Of a stretch of DNA of 64,000 nucleotides, positions 60,209 to 64,000 are shown piece after piece. Made by a program: the position numbers and the translations under genes. Under the pieces are notes generated by a model. That model did no database searches and had not been told where the DNA came from. It was given only the letters and a program-made list of their open reading frames with translations. Positions within the stretch are counted from its first letter, which is position 1. Each line of letters opens with the position of its first letter. Origin of the DNA: Octopus sinensis (lineage: Eukaryota); contig NC_043023.1 in assembly GCF_006345805.1 (NCBI RefSeq), positions 3,906,001 to 3,970,000 of the forward strand, in the 5' to 3' direction.

Positions 60209-60952
60209 CAGTTCTATATTTAAGAGATGAGGAATTATGTACATTACTTACATTTGACGGATATTTCTCCTCATCTTGCAGTGTGGAAGGTGTTTATAAG
60301 CCATTTAAGAAACACACAAAATCCATTAGATTCACTTCAACATTTAAATTTAATTTGTCAAAATATTTTTGTCTCTTTGAGACAAATTAAATTTAAATGT
60401 TGAAGTGAATCTAATGGATTTTGTGTGTTTCTTAAATGGCTTATAAACACCTTCCACGCTGCAATTGTTTTTGTTCCAGCACACGATCTCAGATCAGGTC
60501 ACTTGCTATGCAAGTACATCTCCGTAATGTCCTCATCTTGTTTGTTAACACGTTTCAGCTGATATACCCTCCAGCCTTCATCAGGTCTCTTGGGGAAATT
60601 TCAAACCTGGGTTCTCATTCCTAAGGTATTTTTCATTGTTGTTATTATTATTCAGGTCACTGCCTGGAATTGAACTCGGAATCTTGGGGTTAGTAGCCCG
60701 CGCTCTTAACCACTATGCCATATGTCCACAGTGTAGTGGTTAAGAGCATGGGCTACTAACCCCAAGATTCCGAGTTCAATTCCAGGCAGTGACACTGAAT
60801 AATAATGATGATAATAACATTGAAAAATACCTTAGGAATGAGAACCCAGGTTTGAAATTTCCCCAAGACACCTGATGAAGGCTGGAGGGTATATCAGCTG
60901 AAATGTTGTGTTAACAAACAAGATGAGGACAAATATCCATCAAATGTAAATA
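60209..60952. mobile_element. Second head-to-head pair of family E (tRNA head plus hammerhead); left arm interrupted by a palindromic insert (60279-60530)
   Basis: Heads meet at ~60727. Plus-strand hammerhead at 60867-60912. The insert is flanked by cctcatcttg at 60269-60278 and 60531-60540. Possible outer TSD aatgc(c/t)tga(t/a)ta at 60197 and 60953. Confidence 0.82.
60867..60912 (+). ncRNA. Minimal type I hammerhead ribozyme motif (best-preserved family E copy)
   Basis: GACAC-CTGATGA-A-GGCTG(GAGGGTATAT)CAGCT-GAAA-TG-TT^GTGTT. Stem I GACAC/GTGTT. Two C-to-T CpG-type changes leave wobble pairs. Confidence 0.65.
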
Positions 60953-61194
60953 AATGCTTGAATAGTTGGAAACAATATGAATTAATTAGTATTACATTTG
61001 ACAGAATAAATATGAACACTGAAAGGTTAAGACGACATTGGCCAAGATGACATATTCATCACATGACAGCATGGGATGTTGCTCATGAAATGGTATTTGT
61101 GGTTGTGTGTATATGTGTGTTTATATGTCTATACATATAGACATATACATTTATGTGTGTATATATATTCATATATAAATATATATATATATTA

Positions 61195-61385
61195 TCATCA
61201 TCATCATCAGTTAGCATCTGCTTTCCATGCTAGCATGGGTTGGACGGTTCAACTGGGGTCTGGGAAGCCAGAAGGCTGCACCAGGCACAGTCTTATCTGG
61301 CAATGTTTCTACAGCTGGATGCCCTTCCTAACGCCAACCACTCCGTGAGTGTAGTGGGTGCTTTTTACGTGCCACTGGCACGAGA
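61195..61385 (-). mobile_element. RTE LINE 3' tail
   Basis: Same family as 3592 and 12777. Confidence 0.85.
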
Positions 61386-61453
61386 TATATATATATATAA
61401 ATGTATGAATGTATGTGTATATATATATATGCATACATGTATATATATGTTCA

Positions 61454-61516
<63 letters not shown>

Positions 61517-61599
61517 TGTATACGTGGTGTCACATGGATGCTTTAACGTGACACTGCACAGGCACTTTTATGTGACACTGTCACAGGTGCCTTACATCA

Positions 61600-61855
61600 C
61601 CACCGGTACCAATCTTACCATTTCTGCTGCAAAGTACAGGTCCTCTTGAATAGAGTAAGGTGCCAGGCATCTTGGTCCTTATTCAGTATCTTGGAGTTAA
61701 ATGTCATCCATCCAGCCCTTATTTTTTTTGAGATTTCAGCATCTATATTTCATCCCATCCACTGTGTGCCCTAAGTAGATGCCCTCCTTTGCCCCTCCCC
61801 CAATTTCATCACTTCCCATCTCTATTTGACCCACTGCTATGTCTTCCAACCATGT
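61600..61855 (-). mobile_element. RTE-like RT remnant
   Basis: Minus frames resemble YLGHTVD...EI.KKIRAGW.TF. Confidence 0.45.
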
Positions 61856-61864
61856 ATATTTTAA

Positions 61865-63150
61865 TAATAATAATGAAATTATTGTATACAGTGCTCAGGT
61901 GCACCACAACTTGTCATAAGTGCGTATAAAGAATATGCAGTAATGTACAAATGTCTGGAAAGTGAACAGTGTATGAGTCAGATACATGCTTGTGTGTGTA
62001 TGGAGGGGAGAAAATCAGGTGTAGTCTTGGCGAATCTCAGGAAGCATGGAAGTTTTGAAGGATGCAGTGCTCCGACAACTAACAACTGATGCCGGCAGTT
62101 TGTTCCATGCTTCAGCAACTCTCAACGTGAAAAATGTTTCCTGAAGTCATGGAGCTGTGCTGTTTTCTGACTTTGTAAACATGTCCATGGGTGTTAGATG
62201 GGTGGAGTTTGAAAAGGTGTTCAGAGTTATTGTTTGTAAGATGGTTAATAATTTTAATAATAATAATAATAAAATTATTGTATACAGTGCTCAGGTGCAC
62301 CACAACTTGTCAAAAGTGTGTATAAAGCATATGCAGTAATATACAAATGTCTGGGAAGTGAACAGTGTATGAGTCAGATACATGCTTGCGTGTGTATGAT
62401 GGGGAGAAAATCAGGTGTAGTGTTGGCGAATCTCAGGAAGCATGGAAGTTTTGAAGGATGCAGTGCTCCGACAACTAACAACTGATGCCGGCAGTCTGTT
62501 CCATGCTTCTGCAACTCTTAGCGTGAAAAAATGTTTCCGAAAGTCATGGGAGCTGTGCTGTTTTCTGACTTTGTAAATATGTCCACTGGTGTTAGACAGG
62601 TGGAGTTTGAAAAGGTGCTCAGAGTTATTGTTTGTAAGATGGTTAATAATTTTATGGGTGTCTGCCAAGTCAGCTGCCAGACGTCGGAGTTTCAATGTAT
62701 CCATGCCCTGGGAAGTAAGGCGTTCAGAATATGGCAAATGCCTGATGGAGGGTATTCTCTTGTTCGCACGTTGCTCAACGGCTTCTAGACGATTAATATC
62801 CTGGGCAGTTCATTTTAAGACCTACTGCCAACCTCTGAGAGTGCAGCTCTGTCCGCATGGTCTGCAGCTGGTCTGTATGGTTTCAGTGACTAGTTTAATG
62901 TCCTCTGCAAATTGGAGGTGTGCTAGTTGCTTGCCATTGATGTTCACTCATGCCACCTGTCCCTTTGATGTCCTTGATGACCATTTCTTGGGGAGATAGT
63001 ATCTCCTTGCTTAACACCCTTCCCAACTGAGAGACTTACTGGTGATCATAGCAGAGGCATATCTGTTGTACAACCAGAGTTTTCATTTTTGAGCAGTTTG
63101 TATTGTGCCTTGATACCTTACAACTCTGTCAAAGGCCTTTTTATAATCAT
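61865..63150 (-). mobile_element. CR1-clade LINE 3' region with a tandem duplication of the last ~390 bp
   Basis: PYSERL...LKLRRLAADLADTHKI...HFFTLRVAEAWNRLP. The 3' end occurs at both 61865 and 62255. Confidence 0.88.
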
Positions 63151-63162
63151 CAAATGCCCATT

Positions 63163-63410
63163 ACCGAAATTTAGAAATAGCAGCTAAATACTATTCCACT
63201 ACCATAAGATATCTCCCAGACAGCAATACTCCCAACTCATGCAGGTAAGGAGAAAAAAAAATAACAAATCCGCCTGACTTTGATTTTTCTTTACCTGCGT
63301 GAGTTGTAGAGCATTGCTGTCTGGGAGACATCTTATGGTAGTGAAATAGTTTTAACTGCTATTTCTAAATTTCGGTATGTGGTGAAGCAAATTTTGCTGA
63401 ACCTTAATTA
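63163..63410. repeat. Imperfect fold-back (~85-bp arms) of a Penelope-associated terminal motif
   Basis: accgaaatttagaaatagcag...tctcccagacagcaat versus attgctgtctgggaga...ctgctatttctaaatttcggt. Related to 33100-33215. Confidence 0.65.
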
Positions 63411-63412
63411 TC

Positions 63413-63978
63413 TTGGGTTGTCCGGAAAATCCATGCCAATTTATAGTAGCTTACCTATAGACTTATTTTAGAACATGGTTGAGTCCATAAAATAGGATTT
63501 GACTACACCTCCATTTAGAGCACAGTTTAGGCTATCTTTTCGTGGAAGAAGGTTTATGTTCCTATAACCTGCGTTAATTCTGTAACCCTTTAAAACGGAA
63601 GATAAGAAAGTTCCTTTTTGGCACTTGATGCTTTGGGAACCAGACAAAAATTGCTGCATCTCGGCTGGGATGTGTTACCCCACCCTCCATATTCACCAGA
63701 TATTGCTCCTTCGGATTTCCACTTATTCAGATCTCTGCAGAATAGTCTTAATGGTAAAAATTTCAATTCCTTGGATGACGTAAAAAGATACCTTGATGAA
63801 TTCTTTGCCATGAAACCCCCTCAATTCTGGGAAGAGGGTATTTTTAAGTTAAAGGAAAGGTGGAGACGCATTGTGCAACAAAATGGTTCATATTTGGTTG
63901 ATTAAAAATGTAATAGCAAATATTTATTGGCCTTTTCCTTTCCTTTAAAAATCGGCAAGAACTTTCCGGACAACCCAA
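63413..63978 (+). mobile_element. Internally deleted mariner (DD34D type), 566 bp, second copy
   Basis: Same TIRs, same length and same deletion junction as 36527-37092. Confidence 0.92.
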
Positions 63979-64000
63979 TTGTATTCCTGTGCTCATTCCA

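Noticed and set aside
1845-61649. Dozens of ORFs rich in YI/HT/CV/II/MM/SS/HH in the ORF track
   Set aside because: They are translations of (TA)n, (CA)n, (AAT)n, (GAT)n and (GGT)n microsatellites, with no coding signal.

Overview
Eukaryotic, AT-rich, repeat-saturated genomic DNA, very probably from an octopus (inferred from the SINE/LINE families I recognise; no database check was possible). Most of the window is tRNA-derived SINEs (at least five families), 5'-truncated LINEs (RTE, CR1/L2, Tx1-like and an RLE/HERO-like element), Tc1/mariner remnants, MITEs, non-autonomous Helitrons, microsatellites and degenerate satellites. Nearly all ORFs in the supplied track are microsatellite or repeat artefacts. 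Two host-gene candidates survive: an apparently intronless minus-strand ORF for a 173-aa two-transmembrane protein (21687-22208), and a first coding exon of an unidentified plus-strand gene (53144-53409) lying in a ~2.5 kb SINE-free, CpG-retaining 5' region. No CRISPR, rRNA or intact tRNA genes were seen, but a tRNA-Trp pseudogene is split by a SINE. The most unusual signal is a set of minimal type I hammerhead-ribozyme motifs in about six different short repeat families, often in inverted or palindromic arrangements. One of these families fuses a Pol III tRNA head to a hammerhead and occurs as head-to-head dimers at two loci. Repeat boundaries were read by eye and are approximate unless a TSD or TIR is quoted. 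All ribozyme folds are manual and untested.
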